DNA from: Chiloscyllium plagiosum
Taxonomy: Eukaryota
DNA length: 29,363 bases
Direction: 5' to 3'
Assembly (NCBI RefSeq): GCF_004010195.1
Contig: NC_057718.1
Coordinates: 103,571,946-103,601,308 of the forward strand
The position numbers were made by a program, and so were the translations under genes. This document shows positions 1-11,560 of this stretch, one piece after another (the first letter of the stretch is position 1; the number at the start of each line of letters is the position of its first letter). A model generated the notes under the pieces. That model saw only the letters and a list, made by a program, of their open reading frames with translations. It did not search any database and was not told where the DNA came from.

Positions 1-442
1 AAGATTGTGGCTGATCTGCTCACTCCATGTTCCCACTTACTCCTGATTGACCTTTCACCCCCCCTCGCTTGTCAAGTATCCATCTACCTCTGCCTTATCA
101 ATATTCAAAGACTCTGCTTCCATCACCTTTTGAGAGTTCCAAAGGCACAGGGCAGCCATAAACAAAATAATTCTCCTCATCTGTCTTAATTGAGTGATCC
201 CTAGCTTTTAAACAGTGTCTGTTAGTTTGAGATCCTCCCATTAGAAAAAGCATCCACCCAGTCAAGTCCTCTCAGGATCTTATATGATTCAAACAAGTCA
301 GCTCTTAGTCTCTGAAACTCCAATAGATACGAGTCCAGTCTCTCCAACCTTTCCTCCTCAGATAATCCACTCATTCCATGTATGACTCTAGTACACCTTC
401 CCTGACCTACTCCAAAGCCCTTTGATATCCTTTCTTTAATAA
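1..442 (-). mobile_element. CR1-type LINE 3' fragment, decayed
   Basis: Colinear with the copy at ~8700-9125: aagattgtggctgatctg vs aagatcgtggctgatctg, ctcaggatcttatat vs ctcaggattttatat, ccactcattcca in both, and atcctttctttaataag vs atcctttctcaaataag. Confidence 0.8.
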
Positions 443-3200
443 GTCTCTGGGTGACCTCTCACTATTCCAGCGTTCCTTCTCCTGGCTAAAACAATGTTCA
501 AAAGCATTTTCTCTGTAGAAAGCAAGACCCAAAGAAATTACAATGGAAAAACAATCTCCCTTTAACAAATAGGCTAAACAAACATGGAAAAGTTAAATGC
601 AGTGAACGTGATACTCATTTAATTTTGATCATGTCTATGCAGTGAGACTTTAATTTACACTTAGCTGATAAATGCTAAAATCAATCTGATAGAAACCTTG
701 GATGGGCTAAAAGCTGAAGAATTATATGGGGAAGAGGTTTGCCACATGGTGAACCAGGACCATGTGGGTCACACACAGACTCAGCTTTTTGTCACTTCAT
801 GTGTAACAAAGGGACAGAGAGGAATTCTGCATGCCTCATGGACTCAGCCCCATATCCAGTCACCCTGTGCTACTGAGTATGAAACAGACATCACTTGTTA
901 CCACTTGGTATGTTTCAATGTCACATCCACATAGGAAAGAAATTGGCTGCAAATTAAATTTTGGGAGGATGAAAAATACAATTACAACTCGCTTTTTGCT
1001 CAAATCCGGACTTAGCCACCCAGAACAAAAAAAAATCTAATCAGCTTTCAGGACAAGTGATTAAAATGCAGCAATAAGTTGCAGGTCATTCTAGGTAGGC
1101 CTTCATGTGTACAATGTAAACTATCCTACACAGTACTGCGGATTGCAAAGTTACCTTAAGGGGGAATAATCAAACTTTTTTTTGCAAAACTCACCAAAAG
1201 ATCTATAATGCGGACTGTGTCCCTTCTCTGTTAGGATTCTCAGATTCCCTGTCATATGCTGCAACGATTAAACAATTATTGTCCATTACAACCACAACAT
1301 ACTAACAAAGCCAGGAAGTTACTTTCTCATATAGATCGAATCATGTGTTCATTTGGATGATGCACAATTTATTATGCTGCGTTTTTGGACAAATCTAAGC
1401 TGTACTTCAAAACGAGTGATATTGTCATTCAGTCCGAGGTATACGCTATTGCTTTGGAATACGATTTTTAAACAGTATCAAAGAGGAGGATTTGCAGCAA
1501 TTTAAGAAAGCTCTCCCACTGAAAGACCACTTGGAAAGAAACTACTTCTCATTCGCCTCTTTCCGTGAAGTGCACACTTTCCTCTAATAGAGCAGCAGCT
1601 AGAAATGCTAAGCCAACAAATGTTCCTTTTAAAGGAACATCATAATAACAACTTGCTTGCATGCACGGTATTTTAAAACACATGCATGACCTGCACGGTT
1701 TAAGACAGCCCACTGACCAGATACACTCTCTCCCCTACCTCAAACCCATTGAGCAGCTGAGTGCAAACTGCTCTGATTTCTGCTGATGCGAGATGCTAAA
1801 GCTCTAAGGAATAAATTCAAATTTTAAGCTAATGGAATGATAGTGTGCACATATGTGTGCTTAGCACCAATTTCCAGAAACCCCCCACTGGAATTGAACA
1901 AATACAACCAATTTAAAGCGGCAGAACTCAACGCACATCAGGATTTTTAAAAACAAAACTGTTGCTTATTTTCAGAAACTCAATCCTGAAGGGACCAGGA
2001 ATCACTTCTGTTTTTCTCCTTTTCGTGTTGTGGGTTTTAATAGACACAAGTACAAAAGCCTATCAGCAAAAGATAAAACCGTTCCAAGCAGATTTCTATC
2101 CAGCCTGAAGTCTTTAAAAGGCCGACTCACTGAGAGAATCTATCTTGTCAGCTATCTGTTTCTTTTTTCCTGTGTGTGTTTGCCTGGGTGCTATCTTCAT
2201 AGTTCCTGAGAGAGACGGGGAGTAGGGCAGTAAAAATACTGACCCAGGTTCAAACATAGTCATCTGCCTGCCTCAGGGATGGGTTCCCTCTGTGCTATGT
2301 CAAAAGGGGAGAAGATCACAATTTTAGATACATCAAAGGCTGCTGCCACAGCGCACCAAGAAAGATTTTACAGTGGGGAGGTTTATTTTTGCTGAATTAA
2401 GAATCGTATTCTTACATCTCATGGGATGTTTGATCAGTAAACACCATGTTCACTTTTTATTTCACAAGTGGCCAACAAACACATTCCAAAGGACCACCGC
2501 TAATTACATCATAAAGAATTAACAGGTGGCAAAAATACGGGGAACAACTGGACACTGAAAGCAGTTGGAAAGAAGCTGCTTGCTGCAGTCTTCAGTGTGT
2601 GGAGGGTTAAAGTATTTATCGCCAGTTTGCACCATCGCAGGTTTTAAAAAGGGGATTTGTTTATTCAGAGCTCTGTACGAAGAATGGTACAGCACTCAGG
2701 GGACTGACAATACCAGACACAAAGCCCTGGTGCTTCAACACGTAAAAGGATGTTTTTTTATGTGCTACAAATCCCACTTGAAAATATAATTAGAAGGAGA
2801 AAATGGCAAACTATTGCATTAACTGTAATTGAACAAAAGACCAGCAAGGCATGTGGGAGGTTGCAGAGACCCAGGGGAGTTCCAGGATACATCAGATCCT
2901 AGAAGTGACATCTCCAGGGCACTCTCATTCCATTTATTCTGTCCCTTACTACTCTTGTTGATTGGCAATACAACTTGTAATTAATAGAAAAGCCGGGAAT
3001 AATATGAGAAAATATGGGGAGACAGACTGGCCTCAGCAGCAGAGCTTTTATTAACCAGATTAAGTGTGTGACTTCAGAAAAAGGTTGCTTAGAGGAACTG
3101 TGCAATGATTCACTGGCAAGTATCTGCCACACAACTGGGCTGACATATTCACTATACCTTAATGAGCTGCTCCGAGTTATTTGTCTCTTCCTACTCCTTT

Positions 3201-3247
3201 CCCCCTCCCCCTCCTCCTCTTCTCTCTCTCTCTCTCTCTCTCCCCCC
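3201..3247. repeat. Pyrimidine tract with (CT)n microsatellite
   Basis: ccccctcccc ctcctcctct followed by about 10 TC units. Confidence 0.9.
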
Positions 3248-4444
3248 TACACTGGATGCAGGCTAATTCAATGCTTAATTGTTTAGTAAATTCAATTTTC
3301 CACGTTCTATTCTTCATCGCCTTCACTAAGGTTCTTAAATCTTCCACCACTGTGCCCGCCATGCAGTATTTGTGAAACTGAGCATACCTTTTTTTCATCA
3401 CCATTTCTCTCCTCCACCGCTTAATTCACCATGAAAAGATTTTCCTCGCTGGAAATTCCTATTCCACCATGATCTGTGAGGCATTCCGATTCATTGCATT
3501 TTCATTGTGTTGGGACTTAGATGCTGGGCAGAAGCAAACCACCTCCCCCCCCCAACCCCACCCCTCCCCTAACTTTTCACACAGTTATCTCCACATTATA
3601 CAAGCGACCATGCAAGAATTGTTGCATTTCATCTCAGCTTATTACAATTTCCACTACAGTCACTCTTTAATGTGATCTCCAGAAATGGACAAAATGTTTG
3701 CAGCTCTTTTATATCGAAGTAAAACGAGAGGTGGTTTCAACTGGAGCTTTCCCACAACAACATGATTTCCGGATTATCAGTTTCTCCCAAGAAGTAATTA
3801 TAATTGGAGCGATAAATACTTAAAAGCCAGATTTCCACTCTCCCCTTGACGACTGTTTGTAGTCAAAGCAAGTTTATTAATATAATTCGAGGACAATGCA
3901 GTGCCAATGAATCAATGGTATTTTATTTTCGAAAAAAAAGAACATTTGTAACATTTCAGCAAACCTTTAGACCCTTTGAATAGAAAACAATAGACCTCAT
4001 TCTGACACAGGCATAAATGGAAAGGGAAGATTTGTACTGGGACCAATCAGTCTCCCCATCAGTTGAGAGCACAGGAGAGCTAGTCTTCGGACTTAAAGGA
4101 GAGGGAGGGCAATCAGTTCTGAAGTCTCCAAAATTTTCCCCTTGTTCGCAGGACAAAAGCACAGGCCAGAGATACTGAAGGAAGCTGTTTCCTTTGTGCA
4201 AATAGAGGGTTTTGTGAAACAAATTATGCACTTTTTCTCCCTGCCCTCGGCAATGAATCGAACACTTTTCAAATTGGCACCCGGTTTCAGGGATTGCAAA
4301 AATGACAAAAAAAAGTATAAATAGGTAAGTAACCCACACTTTCAACAGTTTGTAAAACTTTTGCTCCAATTTCTGCATAATCGTGCAAAGAAGCACAAAC
4401 AAACAGTCAACGCACAAAATGCACCAAACTAATGAATGCTTTAC

Positions 4445-4543
4445 AAACATAAACAGAAGTTGCTGGAAAAGCTCAGCTGGTCTGGCAGCATCTGTGGAGA
4501 GAAATCAGAGTTAACGTTTTGGGTCTGGTCACCCTTGCTTAGA
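4445..4543 (-). mobile_element. Short Penelope-terminal-repeat-like element with degenerate hammerhead core
   Basis: Shares gctggaaaagctcagc..tggcagcatc with the copies at 12290, 12991 and 14120. The minus strand reads CTAAGCAAGGGTGACCAGACCCAAAACGTT, a mutated CTGA..GA-stem-GAAACG. ATGCTT flanks it at 4436 and 4543. Confidence 0.7.
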
Positions 4544-4929
4544 TGCTTACAGCATCCGAAATTCTTTTGGTTTTTATTAAGTGATTTTTTTTTATCTTGA
4601 CCACACACAAATAAACCTACATCAGAATCTAACCAGTACACTTCTCTTTCAAATTAAGTTCAACAATTTTGCTCTGAAGAAGTGAACAGTACCTCTGTTC
4701 CTGGAACATTTTATTTGTAAATACATGCACTCACTTTCGTTGCATTGATTTGTGGTTTCATTTCCCACGTGAACATTACATGTTCAACATATTGTTTCAT
4801 AGTGAATGCTGATTTTACTCAACTATGATTGAAGAACTTTACTCGTAATTTACACTAGCGGCCAGACCACTGCTTCGATGTGCAGTCACACGGACGAATG
4901 GCTGAACATTACAGGACATGGGATAGACA

Positions 4930-5031
4930 GTATCAGTTCAGGAAGGCAGCTCTCCACTGCTTTCTCAAGGGCATCCAGGGATGGACAATAAATGCTAGCC
5001 CAGCCAGTGACACCCACATCCTATGAAAGAA
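4930..5031 (+). mobile_element. 3' tail of the LINE family also present at 18744-19600
   Basis: ttcaggaaggcagctctccact..caagggca..agggatggacaataaatgctagccca matches 19501-19566. Confidence 0.75.
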
Positions 5032-5099
5032 TAGCTAACAATCTGAGAGAAAGGATTAGCAGTCAGTGAGGAGCTTCGTGAGCACTATAAGATACGGTA

Positions 5100-5289
5100 A
5101 ATTCTCCACAGTCCCAGAGAACAACAGGACTTATCTCTCATTAGAGAGAGACGGCTGGTGGTGGTTTAATCTGAGGGTCACTGTGCCTTAGATGAGGGGA
5201 AAAGGTTTTAAAGGAGAGTCCTGATAACCTCAGCTGGTGCTGTTGGCATCACTAACTAGACATCCAGCCAACTGAGCTAACTGACCCCC
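5100..5289 (-). mobile_element. tRNA-derived SINE, decayed
   Basis: The minus strand starts GGGGTCAGTTAGCTCAGTTGG, a tRNA-like A-box. The B-box region appears deleted. The body resembles a chondrichthyan SINE family (recognised from memory). Confidence 0.65.
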
Positions 5290-5478
5290 AAGCAGTAAAA
5301 GCACCCAAATGCAACAGTTGGTCTGAGAGGCCCCTGTCCATTACTTCACATGGCCTTGGAGGAAGCTAGATCAAAAAAAGAAGTGAACTTTTTGCTGTAA
5401 TGTGGATGGATGAATCTAAATGAACCAACTCAGGGTTGCAATAGGTGATGCTTCAGGATGCCAAAGCAGCTGTGAAGT

Positions 5479-5591
5479 TGTAGTGATCAGAACAGGGGGC
5501 AGATAGATCTTATTGACAATGAGATGCGTGATTGGAGTTGTTAACCTGGTCCAATCAGGGAGCCCTGGCTGACTGATATAAACCAGAGATT
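5479..5591 (+). mobile_element. Solo LTR, 5' part (interrupted by a Tx1-like LINE)
   Basis: Starts TGTAGTGAT. gattgg..ctggtccaatcagggagccctggctgactgatataaa aligns with the intact copy at 8130-8355. Confidence 0.7.
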
Positions 5592-6505
5592 AAAAACCTC
5601 CTCCTCTGCTTTTGGTTGCACTTCAGTCCCACGCTCCTGATCTTCGGGCACCCGGTACAGAGGAGGGAGGGTAGGTCTGAAGACCTCTTTGTGGGTCTGC
5701 TCCTGGGCCTGGCCAAACTGGCCATCAACAGGTCGAGGCAGCGGGCCATGGAGGGGGTCGTTAGGGCCGACTGCCTGCCCCTCTTCCGCGGTTACATTAG
5801 GGCCCGGGTGTCCTTGGAGAAGGAGCACGCAGTGTCGACCAACACCCTGGAGTTGTTCAGGGAGAGGTGGGCACCGCACCGCAGGGAGTGGAGTGCATCA
5901 TTTCTCTCTCTAACTCTATTTTGATTTAGTCCCTACCCTCCCCTTCACTGTTTTGATCACACAGCACTGCCCTTTGATGTGAAGGGCAGTGTTTGTCACT
6001 GGCCACCCGGGTGTTTTCCCATCTTCCTGGTGGTGGAATTTGAATAAAGATTCGTGCACTTTGTGTCTTTCACTGTGTCTCACACCTGCACACACACACC
6101 ATGGGTGCTGGGGAAAAAATAAGCACTACCGCACTTAGGTGGTAGTGTGGGGATATAAAATAAAGGGAGAAAATAAAACAGGGGATCCACTACCGCAACA
6201 AAAAAAAACAGGAGTGTTGAGGCACTGGCCCTTGGAGGGGAGAGAAACTCCAGCAGCGCGCCGGTGGGAGTGAGTGACTGTGTGCGTGCACGTGCGGGGA
6301 CTAAGAAAAAAAAAATAAACCGGAGATTGGGATTTGAGGTTTGTCCTCATTTCCCTGAAAACTGGTTAAACAGTGGGGTTTGGGGGCTGGCTTTGCCATT
6401 CCTTTCCTTTGTAAAATTGCTGTTTCTCTGTATACTGCTGTTACTGTTAACTGTTTTTTTTTGTAAACTGTGTATTGTTTAATAAAATAATATACCCAGA
6501 AAAAA
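5592..6505 (+). mobile_element. 5'-truncated Tx1-like (L1 clade) non-LTR retrotransposon: ORF2 C-terminus, 3' UTR, AATAAA and A-tail
   Basis: KNLLLCFWLHFSPTLLIFG...LLLGLAKLAINRSRQ...FRGYIRARVSLE...FRERW resembles the C-terminus of Tx1 ORF2. GC/CpG-rich, so probably young. AATAAA at 6481 and A-run at 6500-6505. Imperfect flanking duplication ACCAGAGATT / ACCGAAGATT. Confidence 0.8.
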
Positions 6506-6628
6506 TACCGAAGATTCAGAGTGTCCCTTCACTCTAGGGACAGGCTCTGAGCTAACTGATCGGAGCCCATGTACTGTGCACACATGAATAAAGGGTGATG
6601 GGATCCTGGCCTCTGAGCCGTTATTTCG
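6506..6628 (+). mobile_element. Solo LTR, 3' part
   Basis: aataaagggtga...ggcctctg..gttatttc aligns with the 3' end of the copy at 8130-8355 (aataaaatgtga...gcctgtgtggaattatttca). Confidence 0.7.
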
Positions 6629-7198
6629 TGGTGAAATCCTCACTTGCTGAGATGGCTCCAGGAATACGGTGTACAGTTTTGGTCTCCTTATATGAAGACA
6701 GACGTACTTGCCATAGGGAAGAAGTGAAATGGCAATTCACCAGACCAACCTCTGATTTCCAGGCACAATTGGTTTATGAGAAGAGATTGAAGGAAGTTGG
6801 CTTCTATTCCTGAGAGTTTCACAGAATGAGCATTGATCTACAAAACTCTTACAAGGTGTCACAGGTGGATATTGGCTAGATATATGAGGACTGCAGATGC
6901 TGGAGAGTCAGAGTCAAACCAGGGGACACAGTCTTAGGATAAGGAGCAGGACTGAGATAAGGAGGAATTCCTTCACTCAAAAGGTCGTGAAGTTTTGGAA
7001 TTCTCCCACCCAAAGGGGCTCTGGTGGCTCAATTATTGAATATATTCAAGACAAAATTTGATAGGTTTCTGGATACTAGTGATCTCAAAAGATAAAGGAA
7101 TCCTGTGCAAAATAGCATTGAGGTAGATGATCAGCCATGACCTAATTGAATGGCACAGTAAACTCAATGGGCTGAATAGCCTACCCCAGTTCCTATGT
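6629..7198 (+). mobile_element. CR1-type LINE 3' end, decayed
   Basis: From 6662 it reads EYGVQFWSPY (CR1 ORF2 motif EYCVQFWSP), then YEKRLKEVGFYS. It ends in the tail gatcagccatga..gaatggc..gggctgaatagccta..ttcctatgt. A short ctgcagatgctggagagtcagagtc insert lies at ~6885-6918. Confidence 0.85.
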
Positions 7199-7969
7199 GG
7201 ATACCAACTTAAAGATGGGTTATAGGAAAGATTCAAATGCAGTCAAAAACATAGGCTGCAACTCTGAACAGGCCACTCAAAACCACAAAACAAAGTAGAA
7301 GTCTAAATACAAATTAAACTAAAAATGCAATTAAAGGTTCATAAACAACTTATCAAAGCAATTAAGCATTTTGTGCTTTCAAACAGCCAAACAACTTGAT
7401 ACTGAGAATGATCCATTTTATTTCTGCTAAACTCATTAAAACATTCAATATTTAAGCATATCCTTATTCCTTCACATTGTTACTCTCCCCATTTCTCTAA
7501 CAACGTAAGGAAGTTGTGACCATGGCCAACTGGTTGAATATCAGCAGGTGAAGCAGCAAAATAACGAGGGCTGAGGTTTCTTTTTAAATGAAAATAGAAG
7601 TGCTGGTTTTGTAACATAACGTACAACTCCCCTTTACAAATTCCTGGGAAACACAGTTTCCTAAACACACATTTCCCGAGAATACAATTTTATGACTGAA
7701 ACAAACAAAGCATGAACTGAGCAGGACACACCTCCAAAAATGACCCTTTAACACGTAAAGAACAGCTACCATGCCAACCAATGTCAGAATGGTTTGTTAT
7801 TCCAGCCGGGTCAGTGTATACGTCTGCTGGAAAAGGGCTAAGAATCATAACAACCTGAGTGTTTCTGCTGGGTCCCACACAAGCAGAAACCTTCAGTTAT
7901 TACATAACACAAACAGAGGAGAAAGAGAATAACTTTCAGACCTCAACAAGGTAAGAGGGAAGCCACAGG

Positions 7970-8405
7970 AAGTCGGAACATGAATGGGTCATTTTGCCCA
8001 CCTAACCTATTTGAGTAGATCACAGCTGATCTTCTAGCTCAACACCACTGCTCCACACTATCCACACATCACTGGATAGCTTTACTACCAAGAATCAATC
8101 TTTGTTCTGAACATGATCAATGACTGAGCTGTTGTGATTGTAACAAGGTCAGCAAGCTGGACCTCAGAATATGAGTTCCTCGATTGCTGCTCATAATCTG
8201 GTCTAATCTGAGAGCCCTATCTGACAGATAAAGAGGGGTGATGTCAGAGATGCTGACACTCTGGTAGCTGACCCTGAATGAGGCAGTGCTAAAGTTAAGG
8301 ACTGTAAATAAAATGTGACTCGGTCATGGACATTAGCCTGTGTGGAATTATTTCAGCGTCTCCATGAGCTCTCTGGGTGCAGAATTCCACAGATTCACCC
8401 CTTGG
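7970..8405 (-). mobile_element. CR1-type 3' fragment split by an LTR
   Basis: The tail gatcacagctgatct..tgaacatgatcaatgactgagc resumes after the LTR as ctcca..ctctggg..agaattccacagattcacc. Confidence 0.6.
8130..8355 (+). mobile_element. Solo LTR (~226 bp, TG...CA)
   Basis: Begins TGTTGTGAT, ends ATTTCA and has an internal AATAAA (~8307). Homologous to the split copy at 5479-6628 and inserted within a CR1 tail. Confidence 0.72.
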
Positions 8406-8634
8406 GCAGCCCACACCACCACAACTGAGTAAAGTGTGAACCACAACTTTGTAAGACTGGGCTGGAGGTCTGGATGCAATTGGAGAGCATAAAATGACAG
8501 AAACGTTGCTGTAAAGTTGAGGCAGCAAAAAAACATAAATGACCATGAAAGAAAGTTGCAGCTTTTGGAAATAGGTGTTTAAACAAAATGCCACCAAGAC
8601 GCATAGCTGTGTTGGCAAGGAGAAAGGATGGCAT

Positions 8635-9480
8635 CAGAATATATGACATGGGAGCAGCAGCAGGCTATTCAGCCCATCCCAGCTGCTCCCTCATTCAATA
8701 AGATCGTGGCTGATCTGTTTACATTTCAAATTTCTTATTTCCATCTATCTCCAATTGATCTTTGAGTCCTCTGCCTAACAAGAAACTCTCCTCCTCTACC
8801 TTCAAGATATTCACTGTCACTGCCACCTTTCCAGGCAAAAGTTTCAAAGGCTCAAACCCTCTGACAGAATAACATTATCCTCATCTCTGTTCTGAAAGTG
8901 TGACTGCTAATTTTAAAGCAGTGGCCCCTGGTTCCCTTCCCCACCCACCTTATCAAGACCACTCAGGATTTTATATACTTCAATCAAGTCATCCTCACTC
9001 TTCTACACCCTGTGGAAACAAGGCCCAGTCTATCTAACCTAAAACAAACCACTCATTCCAGTGATCAATCCAGTAAAGCTCCTCTGAGCTACTTCCAGTG
9101 TATTTATATCCTTTCTCAAATAAGGAAACCAAAACTGCGCATATTACTTGAGATGTGATCTCACCAATGCCCTGTATAACTAAAGCAGAACATTCTATGT
9201 TTAGTTCTCCTCCTAATAAAGACTAACATACCATTAGCTTTCCTGGATATCTGTGCACCTGCAAACTAGCCTTTTGTGACTGTACAACACCCCAGATCCT
9301 TCACCCAGCTTGACATTCAGCAGTCACTCTCCATGTAAATAACACTCATTCCTATGTCAGTGAACAATTTCACTTGTACCTACATTATAATTCAACTGCC
9401 AGACTTTTGCCCACTCACTCAGTCTATCTCTACCCATCTGAAAACTCTTTATATCGTCTTCACAACATCTTTCTGACCTA
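8635..9480 (-). mobile_element. CR1-type LINE 3' part, decayed
   Basis: The minus-strand peptide CEDDIKSFQMGRDRLSEWAKVWQLNYNVGTSEIVH matches the CR1 post-RT motif (LQ.DLD.L..WA..WQM.FN..KC.V.H). The tail ggctattcagccc..cattcaataagatcgtggctgatct is at 8660-8716. Confidence 0.85.
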
Positions 9481-9664
9481 CCTTGGTGTTGCCCTGCTGA
9501 TGTAGCCACCATGCATGCCTTGACTATAGAAGGAGGTATCGCAGGAAGGAATGTTCCTGGGCCAAACCTAAAGGCTAACTTTTCAGCCATCACAAGCTTA
9601 AGCAACATCAAAGTGCTCACAACCAGTGAAGCAACATCCTATCTACCTGCTCAGGAGGGCACCA

Positions 9665-9875
9665 AATATCCCAGGGCATCAATCTGAAGCAAAATCATGG
9701 GGCTCTCCCCTGGCAAAGATTCAACGCTCAACCATCACTATCATCTCATTACCACATTACTGTTCGTGAGAGCTTGCTGTACACAAACTGTGATGCTTGC
9801 ATCAGAACACCTACTTCATTGCTTGGGAAGATGCCCCCAGTGGCTGTGAAAGGCACTACATAAATGCAAGTTTCA
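9665..9875 (+). mobile_element. Deu-domain SINE relic (SacSINE1/AmnSINE1-like)
   Basis: cattaccacattactgttcgtgagagcttgctgtacacaaa and the tail tacttcattg..gtgaaaggcactacataaatgcaagt resemble the DeuSINE core and 3' tail as I recall them. Confidence 0.6.
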
Positions 9876-11403
9876 TTTGTCAGCAGATGGTGAGCTCAGT
9901 GTAGATGACCAGCATGTTTACCTTCCTTGGGGCACAGGATCCAGAAGGTGTTGGAACATCAGACTGGTTTGGAAATCCACTGGTGCAGAACATATTAAAC
10001 ACTATGATTTGCACTATTCCTTGCTTCACCATACTCTCTCACACTAATCCTCCACAAACTTGTCTCAGTGCCTGTTATAACAGACAGCCCTCAATTAATA
10101 AGTGTGATTAAGTACAGATAATTCCACAGCTGCCCTCTTAAAGTTTTAGACACAACTGAAGAACGCCATTCTCCTGAGCAGCAAATCTCACTGTGTACAT
10201 TGAAGCAAACTCCACTATTGGTAAGACACACGCAACTGGAAAGCATAGGGAGAGGCACTACGCAGCAACAGCACTGGATTGCCAAAAAGAAGAATTGATA
10301 GTAGGCCAATGAGCACAAGGTAAGGACATGCTGAGGACCAGTGCCTGCAATATATGGGTACCCTTAGTACTGATGATTGGTTATTGTTGCCATGCACACT
10401 ATATTGGACAACGAATTGCATGGGGAGAGCCCAATGCATCAACACTGGCTTATTGATAATATGCATTTAGTTCTAACACTGAACTTATGGCCACACCAAT
10501 GGTATTTGCAATCATGACCTTGGTTAACCAGGCCAAGCCACAGTGTAGCATTTCTCATGAATGCCTGCACTGTTGCTGTAGAGGTTCCTGTGTTCAAAAA
10601 TTCCAAGGTGAAATTCCAACACAGACTGTTTCCACCTTTGACAGAGGGCTGGAAGGCAGCTGTAAGACACTCCAAAATCAACAGGCGTCCTGACGAAATG
10701 CCCGCTCCCCTGTGTGGTGTAGGCACAGTCACAGGATCTTGTCTGTGCCATCACCTATGCCCGAGAGTCAGTTGAGCACACTGCATAGACTGGGTCCTAA
10801 CAAACCACAGCAAGTGAGATCCCTGGTCAGGGTGTAAGGCAGCAATTACAGGGCTGGCTACGAGAACAGTCCTGCCTGCAGCTTGTTGGTCAGCAATGCC
10901 ACCATCCGTCAATGTTACCTTGGAGACAGATTTAGTACAGCGTTAGCCCAGGGACCGAATGAGTGAGGGACGTCTTTCATTGCTACAAGGATAACTTTGA
11001 ACTTTTCCTCCTCACTAACAATGTTAACCAAATCCATTGACATTAATGGAGCAAAATACTTGGCCCTTCCATCTCCTCCAACTGATGGAAGATAACATTC
11101 ACCCCAGAAATCAAACGGAGCCTGGAAATGAATATTCATTCTTCAACTGACTGACTGTGCAGCTGAAGTGTATCCCACAAATTCAGCAACCATCACCAGG
11201 CTATACCGAGCAATATTACTATTCTAGTCATGCATTTTTGCTGAAAATGAAAACTCACGAGTATTAGACGGGAATAAATTCCCACCAACACTATTAAACC
11301 TGACTTCCCTCATCCAGAGTTCTCCGCATCCTCTACTGAAAGGGGCAGTCCCACTCTCATTGGCCACATTCCAAGACATTAGCCAAGCCATTCTTCATTG
11401 TAG

Positions 11404-11560
11404 GAACCAAGAACATAAGGACTAGAAGCAGGACGAGGCCATTCAGACCCTCACGTCTGCTCTGTCATTCAGTAAGATTGTGGTTGATCTTCAACAGCAG
11501 CTTCATTTTCTTGCCCTATCCCCTTCTCCCTTGATTTCCAAGCATCTATTAATCTCAATA
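11404..11560 (-). mobile_element. CR1-type 3' tail fragment
   Basis: aagaacataagg..agcaggacgaggccattcagaccc..ctgctctgtcattcagtaagattgtggttgatct is the same tail as at 8640-8716 and 1-17. Confidence 0.75.

Noticed and set aside
3956..4450. 164-aa minus-strand ORF (and similar 100-160 aa ORFs at 11503-11940, 21663-22082, 24051-24542)
   Set aside because: No recognisable domain, low-complexity or hydrophobic composition typical of translated non-coding DNA, and several start at non-ATG codons.
5265..5289. tRNA gene (A-box on the minus strand)
   Set aside because: No B-box or cloverleaf follows. It is the head of a decayed SINE.
6628..6645. Primer-binding site after the LTR (TGGTGAAA)
   Set aside because: It fits the resumed CR1 sequence (tggtga..cctcac..) better, and no gag/pol follows.
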